NCBI GenBank assembly: GCA_903918375.1
Contig: CAIXED010000071.1
Location: 6,875 to 70,874 of the forward strand
Direction of reading: 5' to 3'
DNA: 64,000 nucleotides
Source: an uncultured Pseudomonadota bacterium
Lineage (GTDB): Bacteria > Pseudomonadota > Gammaproteobacteria > Methylococcales > Methylomonadaceae
Below the pieces are notes generated by a model. The model was not told where the DNA came from. It ran no database searches and saw only the letters and a list, made by a program, of their open reading frames with translations. Positions 8,413 through 18,455 of this stretch are shown one piece after another. Position 1 is the first letter of the stretch. Each line of letters opens with the position of its first letter. Made by a program: the position numbers and the translations under genes.

Positions 8413-8489
8413 TGGTGGCGATACCGGGAATCGAACCTGGAACCTCGGGGTTATGAATCCCGCGCTCTAACCAGTTGAGCTATATCGCC
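8413..8489 (-). tRNA. tRNA with CAU anticodon (elongator Met or Ile2-lysidine type), CCA encoded
   Basis: The minus strand reads GGCGATA TA GCTC AACTGGTTA GAGC G CGGGA TTCATAA CCCCG AGGTT CCAGG TTCGATT CCCGG TATCGCC A CCA. The acceptor stem (7 bp) and D stem are perfect. The anticodon stem (31:39) and the T stem (51:63) each contain one A:C apposition. Confidence 0.85.
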
Positions 8490-8529
8490 TTGAATATCCG
8501 CACATTATAGTGAGTTTGAGGATAAGTTG

Positions 8530-9621
8530 TCAAACATTAAACCTGAAATGCATAACATCGCCATCTTGGACTTTGTATTCTTTACCTTCTAAACGCCATT
8601 TGCCGGCATCTTTAGCGCCTTGTTCGCCTTTGTAATTTACAAAATCTTCATAGGCGATAACTTCAGCGCGAATAAAACCTTTTTCAAAATCCGAGTGGAT
8701 TACGCCAGCGGATTGCGGAGCGGTAGCATTAACAGGAATAGTCCAAGCGCGAACTTCTTTAACGCCAGCGGTGAAATAAGTCGATAAATTCAATAACTCG
8801 TAGCCAGCACGAACCACACGATTTAGCCCTGGTTCTTCCAGTCCTAAATCCAGTAAAAATTCTTTTTTCTCGTCTTCGTCAAGTTGCACAATTTCAGCTT
8901 CAATTGCAGCGCAAACCGGTACCACTTTTGAGCCATCTTTATCAGCAAAGGCGCGAACTTTGTCGAGCATAGGATTTTGTTCAAAACCATCGTCTTGGAC
9001 ATTGGCAATATATAAGGTTGGTTTTAAGGTGATTAAGCATAAATCTTTAATCAATTTAACTTCATCTTCATCTAAGCCTAATGAACGAACAGGTTCGCCA
9101 ATGTTTAGATGCTCTAAAACTTTTTCCAATACTTGTTTTCTGGCTAGATCGTCTTTATTGCCGGATTTTGAGGCTTTGGCTGATTTTTGGATGGCTTTTT
9201 CTACCGATGCCATGTCAGCTAGGGCTAATTCGGTGTTGATCACTTCAATATCGTTAACGGGATCAACTTTGCCGGCAACGTGAATCACATTGTCATCTTC
9301 AAAGCAGCGTACTACGTGGACAATCGCATCCGTTTCGCGAATATTGCCTAAAAATTGGTTGCCCAAGCCTTCGCCTTTTGATGCGCCAGCGACTAAGCCT
9401 GCAATGTCAACGAATTCGATAGTGGTTGGCAGGATGCGTTCAGGTTTAACGATTTCAGCTAATTTATCCAAGCGTAAATCGGGAACTGGAACCACGCCAA
9501 CGTTGGGATCGATAGTGCAAAAAGGGTAGTTTTCGGCGGCGATGGTTGCTTTGGTAAGTGCGTTAAAAAGTGTTGATTTGCCAACATTGGGTAAGCCGAC
9601 GATTCCGCAGTAAAGAGCCAT
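8530..9621 (-). CDS. ychF: Redox-regulated ribosome-binding ATPase YchF
   Basis: N-terminal [18 protein letters not shown], length 363 aa, and the C-terminal TGS-like [11 protein letters not shown] end typical of YchF. Confidence 0.95.
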   Translation of the reverse strand: MALYCGIVGLPNVGKSTLFNALTKATIAAENYPFCTIDPNVGVVPVPDLRLDKLAEIVKPERILPTTIEFVDIAGLVAGASKGEGLGNQFLGNIRETDAIVHVVRCFEDDNVIHVAGKVDPVNDIEVINTELALADMASVEKAIQKSAKASKSGNKDDLARKQVLEKVLEHLNIGEPVRSLGLDEDEVKLIKDLCLITLKPTLYIANVQDDGFEQNPMLDKVRAFADKDGSKVVPVCAAIEAEIVQLDEDEKKEFLLDLGLEEPGLNRVVRAGYELLNLSTYFTAGVKEVRAWTIPVNATAPQSAGVIHSDFEKGFIRAEVIAYEDFVNYKGEQGAKDAGKWRLEGKEYKVQDGDVMHFRFNV

Positions 9622-9739
9622 AATTTTAGAATGAGATTGGGTAAGGAAAGTCCCAAAGGACAGGGGGTTAGGTGGGCGGATTATACAGTGGGGGGCTTAA
9701 ATATCAACTTGCTAGGTATCTCTGATTGCTGGTTAATGG

Positions 9740-10153
9740 TTAATGGTTAATTTTGAGCTCAACGATTAAACGTCGATAGTCGTTGCGTGATAGCGAGTCC
9801 CTAAAAATCAGGCGAGTCAATGAGCGTTGTTGAATTTCAAAATGCAGTATCACCAGCCATTGACTGATGACGGTTGTGCTTAGGATGGTAATCGGTTGAA
9901 ACGGTTGATTATTAAATGCTGCCGACCATTGGTTTTTGTTGCTATAGCGCAGATAAAAATCCGATTGCGGTTGTTTGTACTGATAAACCCCGCTGGCGAT
10001 GACCAGTGTTGATAAAGCAATTTTCATCAGCAATGGTAAATTATTCAACCAGCAAGCCGCGAAGGCGATGCTATGTAATGTTTGCACCAAGATAAGTTGG
10101 TAACTTGATGCCTTAATTAACAAATTTAATGTTGGTGCTGAGTTTTTTGCCAT
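9740..10153 (-). CDS. YgfX (CptA)-like small inner-membrane protein
   Basis: 137 aa with two N-terminal TM segments and a C-terminal ...FRDSLSRNDYRRLIVELK resembling the YgfX tail. It is divergently adjacent to ygfZ, as in enterics. Confidence 0.5.
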   Translation of the reverse strand: MAKNSAPTLNLLIKASSYQLILVQTLHSIAFAACWLNNLPLLMKIALSTLVIASGVYQYKQPQSDFYLRYSNKNQWSAAFNNQPFQPITILSTTVISQWLVILHFEIQQRSLTRLIFRDSLSRNDYRRLIVELKINH

Positions 10154-10171
10154 GGTTTTGGTTCGCTGTGG

Positions 10172-11107
10172 TTGAGCGGCTATAATGGCCGACCTTATTG
10201 TTTATGGATTAGCGTTTTGGATTCTTCAATTAACTCTCGTATTTTTCACTTAAATTATCTGGCCGTTATCGAAGTGAGCGGTGCAGATAGTGCTAAGTTT
10301 TTGCAAGGTCAATTAACTTGTAATGTTAATGACTTATCCGATTCCCAAGCCAGTATTGCCGCGTTTTGTACGGCTAAAGGCCGCGTGATCAGTAGCTTAA
10401 TTATTATCAAAACCGCAGACGGTTTTTGTTTGCTGTTGCCCGCTAGTTTGCTGGAGAAGGTTTTAAAAAAACTGCAAATGTATGTTTTACGTTCGGCGGT
10501 TAAGTTGGTTGATCAACGTCAGCAATGGGCGGTTTATGGTTTGCAAACTCAACAGTCTGCAAATCCAGAGCAGTCGGCATTTTCTGTTAATCAAGCAGAT
10601 TTTATTACCATCAAATTGCCATCAGCATTATCGCGTTACTTGATGATTAAGCCGATTCAATCGCCAGTGACTGTCAATCAAACTTCTGATGACGCTTGGC
10701 GTTATCAAGATATTGTCGATGGCTTGCCTTGGTTTGAATTTGAGCAATCAGAACAATACACGCCGCAAATGTTAAACATCGATCAATTGGGCGGGATTAG
10801 CTTTACCAAAGGCTGTTATACCGGCCAAGAAATCGTTGCCAGAACTCATTATCTGGGAAAAGCCAAGCGTAGTTTATTCGCAGCACAAAGCAATCAATTG
10901 TTAGCTTTGCCTTGTGATGGTTGCTCGGTGTTTGATAGTCAAACCCAACAAACAGTCGGTCATGTCTTAACTGCTCAGCATTATCAGCAACAGACTTATT
11001 TATTAATTGTCTTGCAAGTAGCCGATGTTGATTCGCCAAGTTTGGTTTTAGATGACCAACAGCACTCTGTTATTACTCTTATTGCCAGTGAGTTAAACCA
11101 TGATTGA
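10172..11107 (+). CDS. ygfZ: Folate-binding Fe-S cluster repair/tRNA-modification protein YgfZ; start codon uncertain
   Basis: It has the signature KGCYTGQEIVARTHYLGK, an N-terminal GcvT-like fold and is ~300 aa. The ORF-track start is a TTG. Confidence 0.85.
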   Translation: MSGYNGRPYCLWISVLDSSINSRIFHLNYLAVIEVSGADSAKFLQGQLTCNVNDLSDSQASIAAFCTAKGRVISSLIIIKTADGFCLLLPASLLEKVLKKLQMYVLRSAVKLVDQRQQWAVYGLQTQQSANPEQSAFSVNQADFITIKLPSALSRYLMIKPIQSPVTVNQTSDDAWRYQDIVDGLPWFEFEQSEQYTPQMLNIDQLGGISFTKGCYTGQEIVARTHYLGKAKRSLFAAQSNQLLALPCDGCSVFDSQTQQTVGHVLTAQHYQQQTYLLIVLQVADVDSPSLVLDDQQHSVITLIASELNHD

Positions 11108-12074
11108 TTCATTAGCCGCTAGTCGTTTTCGCCGTTTAGGTACATTGACTATTTTTGCTGTGTATTTTGTGATTTTAGTCGGTGGTATTGTCCGCGCTTC
11201 GGGTGCAGGCATGGGCTGTCCAGATTGGCCAACTTGTTTTGGGCAATGGGTGCCACCGACCAGCGAAGCCGAGTTGCCAGCTAATTATCATGAAATTTAT
11301 GCGGCTCGGGGTTATCAAAATACTGAGTTTAATCCAGTCAAAACTTGGACTGAATACACCAATCGCTTAGTGGGCGTGACGATTGGCTTTTTGATTTTTT
11401 TAACCGCTTGGTCATCACGGATTTATCTAAAAGCCGATAAAGCGATTTTTTATTTAGCGGTTTCGGTGTTTTTATTGGTGGGATTTCAAGGTTGGCTCGG
11501 TTCGGCGGTGGTTGCTAGTAATTTGAAGCCTTTGATGATTACCCTGCATATGTTGCTGGCTTTGTTTATTGTCGCTTTGTTGATTTATGCGATAGCTCGC
11601 TCGCAAAAGCCTTTATTGCAAGCTGTTCACAGTGACTGGCTAACGCCGCGTTTTGACGTGGTCTTGAAAATCGCCATGTTGATGACTTTGTTGCAAGTAG
11701 TGATGGGGACGCAGGTGAGGGAAGCGGTGGATTTTATCGCTCATGAACATAGTTATATCGATCGTGAATACTGGCGCGATAGTTTTCCGATTATTTTTTA
11801 TGTGCATCGCTCGTTTTCTTCGTTGATTTTGTTTACCAATCTTTGGTTGGGCTGGAAAATTTATCAACAGGCGGAAAAAAACAATCTGTTGTTGCGGATG
11901 GCTTATGTGTTAGTTGGTTTGGTGGTGACAGCGATTTTGGCGGGGGTTAGTTTAGATAGGCTAGGATTTCCAGCGCTTGCCCAACCGATTCATCTGTTGA
12001 TGGCCAATTTAATTTTTGGCGCACAATTTTTTATCTTCATTTGCCGTCGCTATTCACTGAGTCAAGTCAGCTAA
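11100..12074 (+). CDS. ctaA: Heme A synthase (COX15/CtaA family)
   Basis: It has GAGMGCPDWPTCFGQW, multiple TM helices and conserved His-containing helices. Confidence 0.8.
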   Translation: MIDSLAASRFRRLGTLTIFAVYFVILVGGIVRASGAGMGCPDWPTCFGQWVPPTSEAELPANYHEIYAARGYQNTEFNPVKTWTEYTNRLVGVTIGFLIFLTAWSSRIYLKADKAIFYLAVSVFLLVGFQGWLGSAVVASNLKPLMITLHMLLALFIVALLIYAIARSQKPLLQAVHSDWLTPRFDVVLKIAMLMTLLQVVMGTQVREAVDFIAHEHSYIDREYWRDSFPIIFYVHRSFSSLILFTNLWLGWKIYQQAEKNNLLLRMAYVLVGLVVTAILAGVSLDRLGFPALAQPIHLLMANLIFGAQFFIFICRRYSLSQVS

Positions 12075-12186
12075 TTTACCGGATTTATCAATCAGTTAAG
12101 CAAGCTAGGGTCGAATTAAGCTACAATAGAGATTGTTGCTAGCCATTCGCGCTAGCTCATCTCTTTTTTATCTACAGGTATTACCC

Positions 12187-13926
12187 ATGTCCGACACCCC
12201 CGCCATCACGCCTTCTTTTAAAGATTTAGCACTGTCAGAACCGGTGTTAAAAGCTCTGGAAAGCGTCGGCTACGAAACTCCTTCGCCAATTCAGGCTCAA
12301 ATTATTCCTTTCGTGATGGCCGGTCGCGATGTATTAGGACAGGCTCAAACCGGCACTGGAAAAACTGCTGCGTTCGCATTACCCGTTTTATCAAATATCG
12401 ATGTTAAGCAAAAAGACCCGCAAGCATTGGTATTAGCACCAACTCGTGAGTTGGCGATTCAGGTGGCTGAAGCGTTTCAGCGTTATGCCTCACACATTAA
12501 AGGTTTCCATGTACTGCCTATTTATGGCGGTCAAGATTACACCACTCAGTTAAGACAGCTTAATCGCGGTGCTCATGTTGTCGTGGGTACGCCAGGTCGA
12601 GTGATGGATCATATGCGTCGCGGTACTTTGAAATTGGATCAGTTAAAAACCCTGATTCTCGATGAAGCCGACGAAATGTTGCGTATGGGTTTTATTGACG
12701 ATGTTGAATGGATTTTGGAACAAACGCCAGACACTCGCCAAACTGCATTATTCTCGGCGACTATGCCGACCGAAATTCGCAAAATTGCGCAAAAATATTT
12801 AAGCAATCCTGAACAAGTCACCATCAAAGTTAAAACTACTACTGCAGCGAATATTCGCCAGCGTTATTGGTTTGTCAGCGGTGTACACAAAATGGACGCG
12901 TTGACCCGCATTTTGGAAGCGGAAAACTTTGACGGCATGATTATTTTCGTTAGGACTAAAACTGCCACGATTGAAGTTGCCGAAAAGCTGGAAGCCCGCG
13001 GCTTCTCGGCTTCAGCGATTAATGGTGATATGTCGCAAGCCTTGCGTGAACGTGCTATCGAAAATCTAAAAAATGGTAAGTTAGATATTTTGATTGCGAC
13101 GGATGTTGCTGCGCGTGGTTTGGACGTTGATCGTATTACTCACGTTGTTAACTTCGATATTCCTTACGATACCGAATCTTATGTACACCGTATTGGTCGT
13201 ACTGGCCGTGCCGGTCGTACCGGTGATGCGATTTTGTTTGTTTCGCCACGCGAAAAACGTTTGTTAGCCAATATCGAGCAAGCCACCAAACAAAAAGTTG
13301 AAGAAATGCAATTGCCTTCAACCGAGTTCATCAACAACACGCGTATCAATAAATTTAAACAACGGATTACCGATACCTTAGCGGCAGAAGAATTAAGCTT
13401 TTATAGCCAGTTAATCAATCAGTATCAAGTTGAACACGATGTGCCTGCGCTGGATATTGCTGCAGCTTTAGCGAAATTGATGCAAGGTGATACTCCGTTA
13501 TTGTTAAAAGAGCCTAGCAAAAAGCCGCGTAAAGATAGTGATCGTGAACGTAGCGATGATAGTAGACGTGGCGGTGAAAGGGATCGTGGTCCAAAACGTG
13601 AAAAAGGTCGCGCATCATCGGTTGAAATGGAAATGTTCCGTATCGAAGTCGGACACAGTGATGGTGTAAAACCGGGTAATATCGTTGGTGCGATTGCTAA
13701 CGAAACCGGTATTGATGGCGATCACATTGCACGGATCAAAATTGAAGAAAACTACAGCACGGTTGAATTGCCAGCGGGTATGCCGAAAGACTTATTTCAA
13801 GCCTTGAAAAAAGTCCGTGTTGTCGGTAAGCCGCTGAATATTTCTAAATTTGATGCAAGCTTGGTTAAAAAAGATAAAACAAAAAAACGGATGAGTTCAA
13901 CATCGGTAAAGCGTAAAAAAGATTAA
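12187..13926 (+). CDS. deaD: DEAD-box ATP-dependent RNA helicase DeaD/CsdA
   Basis: It has the Q-motif region (FKDLALSEPVLKALESVGYETPSPIQ), AQTGTGKT, DEAD, SAT and HRIGRTGRAG, plus a basic C-terminal extension. ATG 12187 was chosen over the upstream ORF-track start. Confidence 0.9.
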   Translation: MSDTPAITPSFKDLALSEPVLKALESVGYETPSPIQAQIIPFVMAGRDVLGQAQTGTGKTAAFALPVLSNIDVKQKDPQALVLAPTRELAIQVAEAFQRYASHIKGFHVLPIYGGQDYTTQLRQLNRGAHVVVGTPGRVMDHMRRGTLKLDQLKTLILDEADEMLRMGFIDDVEWILEQTPDTRQTALFSATMPTEIRKIAQKYLSNPEQVTIKVKTTTAANIRQRYWFVSGVHKMDALTRILEAENFDGMIIFVRTKTATIEVAEKLEARGFSASAINGDMSQALRERAIENLKNGKLDILIATDVAARGLDVDRITHVVNFDIPYDTESYVHRIGRTGRAGRTGDAILFVSPREKRLLANIEQATKQKVEEMQLPSTEFINNTRINKFKQRITDTLAAEELSFYSQLINQYQVEHDVPALDIAAALAKLMQGDTPLLLKEPSKKPRKDSDRERSDDSRRGGERDRGPKREKGRASSVEMEMFRIEVGHSDGVKPGNIVGAIANETGIDGDHIARIKIEENYSTVELPAGMPKDLFQALKKVRVVGKPLNISKFDASLVKKDKTKKRMSSTSVKRKKD

Positions 13927-13936
13927 CTTTTAAAAA

Positions 13937-13964
13937 CAGGCGCTTCGGGTTATTGAAGCGCCTG
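13937..13964. terminator. Bidirectional hairpin between convergent deaD and rnfH
   Basis: CAGGCGCTTC-gggttatt-GAAGCGCCTG is a 10-bp perfect stem. Confidence 0.55.
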
Positions 13965-13971
13965 ATTGGTT

Positions 13972-14259
13972 TTAACGTTTGATTTTCGCTTTTTGTCGGC
14001 GAGCATCCATCGGATCTTTTTGAAGTGGGCGGTAAATTTCAACTCTATCGCCTGCATTCAAAATCTTATCCAACTCACAAAGCTGTCCAAAAATTCCCAC
14101 CTTGTTTTTTTGTAAATCGATTTCCGGCCATTGTTGCAAGATGCCTGATTCGATAATCGCTTGTTCAACTGTACTGCTATTAGCTATTTGCAAGCGCAAC
14201 ACAGTTTGTTGATTGGCTGTTGCATAAGCCACTTCAATCTCAATCAATTCAGCTGCCAT
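13972..14259 (-). CDS. rnfH: RnfH family ubiquitin-like protein
   Basis: 95 aa with IEVAYA...GDRVEIYRPL, the typical RnfH/YfjF pattern, coupled to the ratA homologue. Confidence 0.85.
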   Translation of the reverse strand: MAAELIEIEVAYATANQQTVLRLQIANSSTVEQAIIESGILQQWPEIDLQKNKVGIFGQLCELDKILNAGDRVEIYRPLQKDPMDARRQKAKIKR

Positions 14260-14686
14260 AAAGCGATTTTGCCCGTTGGGTAAATGAAGTGACCATGGTG
14301 TTGCAGATTTGGTTAAAAACTGGCCCGAATGCTAATGACGCCAAAGTACCGGCAATTTCAAATTCCAAATCTAGCGATATTTTGCTGGCATCTTCACGTA
14401 ACGGCATAAAAGTCCAAACCCCTTCCAACGAAGAAAAGGGGCCATCAAGCAAACTCATATAAATTTTGCCGCCGTTGTCGATGCGATTACGGGTAGCGAA
14501 TGATTTATGAAAACCGGCTTTAGCAATTTGAATTTCACCTTCAACAATGTCGCCTTCACGTTTCAATATCCGACTACCAGCGCACCAAGGTAAGAATTGA
14601 GGATAGGCTTCAATGTCATCAACAATGTCGAACATTTGTTGTGCTGAAAACTTAACCAAGGCGCTTTTTTGAACCACAGTCATCAT
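14249..14686 (-). CDS. ratA: RatA/Coq10-like SRPBCC (START-fold) protein
   Basis: 145 aa with the YPQFLPWC motif. It shows the conserved smpB-ratA-rnfH neighbourhood. Confidence 0.85.
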   Translation of the reverse strand: MMTVVQKSALVKFSAQQMFDIVDDIEAYPQFLPWCAGSRILKREGDIVEGEIQIAKAGFHKSFATRNRIDNGGKIYMSLLDGPFSSLEGVWTFMPLREDASKISLDLEFEIAGTLASLAFGPVFNQICNTMVTSFTQRAKSLYGS

Positions 14687-16044
14687 TAAAGCACTCCTAC
14701 AACGTGCAAGAACACTAGGAAAACTGCGCCAGGTGCAACGTATTTAATCAATAACTGCCACGCTTGAAAGCCTTGTTCAGGCAAAGCCAATTCTTGTTGA
14801 GCTTCTTTTTGACTTAAAACCCAACCGGCAAAAACCGCTAAACCTAAACCGCCCAACGGCAGCATTAAATTCGCGGTTAAGTAATCAAGCAATTCAAACA
14901 AGTTTTTACCGAATAGCTTGAAACCAGACCAAGCATTAAACGACAACACGACGCCCACACCCAATGCCCAGCAAGCCGAACCCGACCAAATGCAAGCTTG
15001 TTTTCTGTCGATGTTTTTATTTTCAATTAACCAAGCGACAGCGGGTTCTATTAATGAAATTGAAGAGGTGAGAGCGGCGAAAAACAACAAGATAAAAAAT
15101 AAGAAGCCAAACAACCAACCACCGGTCATGTGGCCGAATGCTAACGGTAGGGTTTGGAAAATTAAACCTGGCCCTGCGCTGGCTTCTAAATTATTGGCAA
15201 ATACTAATGGGAAAATAGCGATGCCAGCCAATAAGGCGACAAGGGTGTCGGCACCAGCGATGATAAACGTGGTTTTAGCGATAGAAACGTCTTTTGGTAA
15301 ATAAGAGCCATAAACCATAATCGCACCCATACCTAAGCTGAGGGTGAAAAATGCGTGCCCCATGGCGGTTAGTACTGCGCTACTGTTAATTTTGCTGAAA
15401 TCAGGATTGAATAAAAAGTGGATGCCTTGCTGATAAGCACCGGATGACATGGCGTAGGCAATCAATAAAAATAAAATCACAAATAAAGCAGGCATTAAAA
15501 AGCGCACGGTTTTCTCCAAACCGCCTTGAACACCGCGCATCACCACTTGCATGGTGATCACCATAAAAGCACTATGCCAGAAAATTTGCTGGATTGGGCT
15601 AGCCATTAAACCATCGAATAAGGATTTGATAGCGGTGGCGTCGGCACCGGAAAAACTGCCGAAAAAGCCTTTTGTGACGTAGGCCATAGACCAGCCAGCA
15701 ATAACGCTGTAATAAGCCAGAATTAAAAAGCCTGCGATGATGCCCATCCAGCCTAAATATTGCCAGCGAGGATCCGCTTTGGATTGGCTGGCTAGGGTTT
15801 GCATGGTGTCGATTGGGTTTTTTTGACCACGGCGTCCGAGCATGATTTCAGCAATCATAATCGGGATGCCTATCAATAAAACACAGATTAAATACACCAG
15901 CACAAAGGCACCACCGCCGTTTTCGCCAGTGATGTAGGGGAATTTCCAAATATTACCCAAGCCAACGGCTGACCCTGTTGCAGCCAGAATAAAGGCGAAG
16001 CGGGAAGACCACTGGCCGTGAATGGATGGGGTTTTATCGGTCAT
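14686..16044 (-). CDS. Sodium-dependent transporter, neurotransmitter:sodium symporter (SNF) family
   Basis: It has GLGNIWKFPYITGENGGGAF and ~11-12 TM segments. Confidence 0.9.
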   Translation of the reverse strand: MTDKTPSIHGQWSSRFAFILAATGSAVGLGNIWKFPYITGENGGGAFVLVYLICVLLIGIPIMIAEIMLGRRGQKNPIDTMQTLASQSKADPRWQYLGWMGIIAGFLILAYYSVIAGWSMAYVTKGFFGSFSGADATAIKSLFDGLMASPIQQIFWHSAFMVITMQVVMRGVQGGLEKTVRFLMPALFVILFLLIAYAMSSGAYQQGIHFLFNPDFSKINSSAVLTAMGHAFFTLSLGMGAIMVYGSYLPKDVSIAKTTFIIAGADTLVALLAGIAIFPLVFANNLEASAGPGLIFQTLPLAFGHMTGGWLFGFLFFILLFFAALTSSISLIEPAVAWLIENKNIDRKQACIWSGSACWALGVGVVLSFNAWSGFKLFGKNLFELLDYLTANLMLPLGGLGLAVFAGWVLSQKEAQQELALPEQGFQAWQLLIKYVAPGAVFLVFLHVVGVL

Positions 16045-16146
16045 GTCTTGAGCCTTATGTGTTTTTTAAGTCGTTATTTAGTGGGTGTACGGGTAAAATA
16101 TCAAAAATCACGTATTCAGTCAGTCTAAAAAAATCTTCAAGACCAC

Positions 16147-16632
16147 ATGGCATCGAAAAAATCCAGTAAAGCCAACAAAGCAGGCGATAACACCATTGCG
16201 GTTAATCGGCAGGCAACTCACGAATATTTCATCGAAGAACAATTTGAAGCTGGCCTAGTCTTAGAAGGCTGGGAAGTAAAGAGTTTGCGCGATGGACGGA
16301 TTCAATTAAAAGAAAGTTATGTCGATATTCGCCGTGGTGAAGCGTGGCTGTGTGGCGCACATATTTCAGCGTTGCTATCGGCTTCGACTCACGTTAATCC
16401 TGATGCAGTGCGTCGGAAAAAATTATTATTGCATCGCCGCGAATTGAGCAAATTGATTGGTTCGGTGGAACGTAAAGGTTTTACTTTAATCCCATTGTCG
16501 ATGTATTGGATTAAAGGTCGGGCTAAACTGAAAATTGGTTTGGCAAAAGGTAAAAAACTGCATGACAAACGCGCCACGGCTAAAGATAAAGATTGGCAGC
16601 GGGATAAAGCGCGGATTATGAAACATGCTTAA
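16147..16632 (+). CDS. smpB: SsrA-binding protein SmpB
   Basis: 161 aa with [32 protein letters not shown], the canonical SmpB sequence. Confidence 0.95.
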   Translation: MASKKSSKANKAGDNTIAVNRQATHEYFIEEQFEAGLVLEGWEVKSLRDGRIQLKESYVDIRRGEAWLCGAHISALLSASTHVNPDAVRRKKLLLHRRELSKLIGSVERKGFTLIPLSMYWIKGRAKLKIGLAKGKKLHDKRATAKDKDWQRDKARIMKHA

Positions 16633-16679
16633 GGCATTTGGTTTTAGATATTTGATGGTCAGAATTTTGGAGTTAAACA

Positions 16680-17696
16680 ATGCGGGTTAAGGCGGTCGTG
16701 CTATTTTGTGGTTTTCTAATGGGCTGTTCGCCCACGCAGCCACAAACGCAAAAATTGGAAGGGATGGCTCAAGGTACGACCTATCACATTACTTATTGGT
16801 CAAATGAAGCAGTTGATAGCCAGGTTATTGATGCGGCAATCAAAACGACTTTCGAGGATATTGATAAAAATTTATCCAATTACCGTCCTGATTCAGTGAT
16901 CGAAACATTCAATGCCAATCAATCGACTAAAAGCCAAGAAGTAGGCAGCGAAATTATTGGGTTAGTCCGCTTAGCGCAATCGGTTCATCAATTAAGTAGC
17001 GGTTGTTTTGATTTAACCGTTAAACCCTTGTTTGACTTGTGGGGCTTTAAAGGCGAAGCATTAACCATTCCTAGCACTGAGGCTTTACAACAAACCCTAG
17101 CGCAAGTTGGCATGAATAAAATTGAAATAGTCGATGACAGCCATTTGCTGAAAACCCAAGCTGATGTGCGGGTTGATTTATCAGCTGTAGGGCAGGGCTA
17201 TACGGTTGGTAAAGTCAGTGAGGCTTTAGAGCAACATGGTATTACTAACTATCTGGTTGAAATTGGTGGTGAATTAAAAACCAATGGCCATAAGCCGGAT
17301 GGTCTAGCTTGGCGGGTGGCTGTTGAAAAACCGCTGCCTGGCGAACGTAAAATACATAAAGTGGTCACTATGCCGAAAGACGCACCGATGTCAGTGATGG
17401 CTTCGGGTACTTATCGTCATTACTATGAACAAAATGGCCAGCGTTACAGTCATATCCTAGACGCTCGCACAGGTAAGCCTGTGACGCATGATTTAGTTGC
17501 TGTGACAGTGCTACATGAAAATCCAGCGGTAGCCGATGCTTGGTCAACCACCTTAATGTGTTTAGGGCAACAAGATGGCATTAAGCTGGCTAATGCCGAA
17601 AAAATCAATGCGATTTTTATTCGTCAACGTGGCAGTGAGTTTTTAGAAACTCATAGCGAAGCATTAAATACGGCAACTAATCTAGCCATTCAATAA
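16680..17696 (+). CDS. apbE: FAD:protein FMN transferase (ApbE family lipoprotein)
   Basis: It has a lipobox-like LMGC, GTTYHITY, the DLSAVGQGYTVGK region and SGTYRHYYE..YSHILD. Confidence 0.85.
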   Translation: MRVKAVVLFCGFLMGCSPTQPQTQKLEGMAQGTTYHITYWSNEAVDSQVIDAAIKTTFEDIDKNLSNYRPDSVIETFNANQSTKSQEVGSEIIGLVRLAQSVHQLSSGCFDLTVKPLFDLWGFKGEALTIPSTEALQQTLAQVGMNKIEIVDDSHLLKTQADVRVDLSAVGQGYTVGKVSEALEQHGITNYLVEIGGELKTNGHKPDGLAWRVAVEKPLPGERKIHKVVTMPKDAPMSVMASGTYRHYYEQNGQRYSHILDARTGKPVTHDLVAVTVLHENPAVADAWSTTLMCLGQQDGIKLANAEKINAIFIRQRGSEFLETHSEALNTATNLAIQ

Positions 17697-17723
17697 ATTG
17701 ACAGACATTATTCGGGGAGAAAT

Positions 17724-18392
17724 ATGCTATTGGATTTAGGTGGAAACCTATTGTTTTCGGTTCATGGAGGCGGCGATGCCATTGTTGGAATCATCGACCT
17801 ATTAGGACATTTTTTGACTAGGGTCGAGCATTTGGCCAGTTTGTCACCTAAACAAGCATCGCTAGAAATATTGCCAGGCGTTGCAGCATTGCAAAATCTG
17901 CATCCGCTATTTGTGCATTTTCCAATTGTTTTGTTAACACTGTTTTTTGTGATTGATGTGTTAGCAACGCTGGGTAAAAACCCTGGTTTACATAAAGTGG
18001 CTGATTGGTTTTTATATCTGGGCACTGTATTTGCCGCCGTTACAATTGCGACCGGCCTAATTGCCGCATCTTCTGTAGCTCATGGTGATGATGTTCATGA
18101 AATTATGGAAACCCATGAACATTTAGGGATTACGATATTTGGTTTGGCAAGTGGTCTGTCAATTTGGCGGTTTTTCTTTAAATCTGCTTTGCAGGGTGCT
18201 GCTAATGCCGTGTTTTTGTTGCTTGCCGGTTTATTGTCGATTTTTATTCTGTTTGCTGCTGATTTAGGCGGCTTAATGGTTTACAAATACGGGGTTGCAG
18301 TCGAAGCGGTTGCTAGCGAACAATCTGAAATTAATGCCGCGCATGAACATGATCACAACCATGACGAAGCTGATGAAGCACATGCTGATTGA
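17724..18392 (+). CDS. Membrane protein (DUF2231-like) with a His-rich C-terminal tail; start uncertain
   Basis: It has four predicted TM helices, HPLFVHFPI near the first TM and a C-terminal HEHDHNHDEADEAHAD. Confidence 0.45.
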   Translation: MLLDLGGNLLFSVHGGGDAIVGIIDLLGHFLTRVEHLASLSPKQASLEILPGVAALQNLHPLFVHFPIVLLTLFFVIDVLATLGKNPGLHKVADWFLYLGTVFAAVTIATGLIAASSVAHGDDVHEIMETHEHLGITIFGLASGLSIWRFFFKSALQGAANAVFLLLAGLLSIFILFAADLGGLMVYKYGVAVEAVASEQSEINAAHEHDHNHDEADEAHAD

Positions 18393-18455
18393 TTGTCAGA
18401 AAAATATTTGAGCTTGCTGTGGTATCCTACGCGACTTTTTTTAAGGGACTAAACA

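Noticed and set aside
13972-14686. RatA/RnfH as a toxin-antitoxin or defence pair
   Set aside because: This is the conserved housekeeping smpB-ratA-rnfH neighbourhood with host-like composition. RatA homologues are Coq10-like START proteins.
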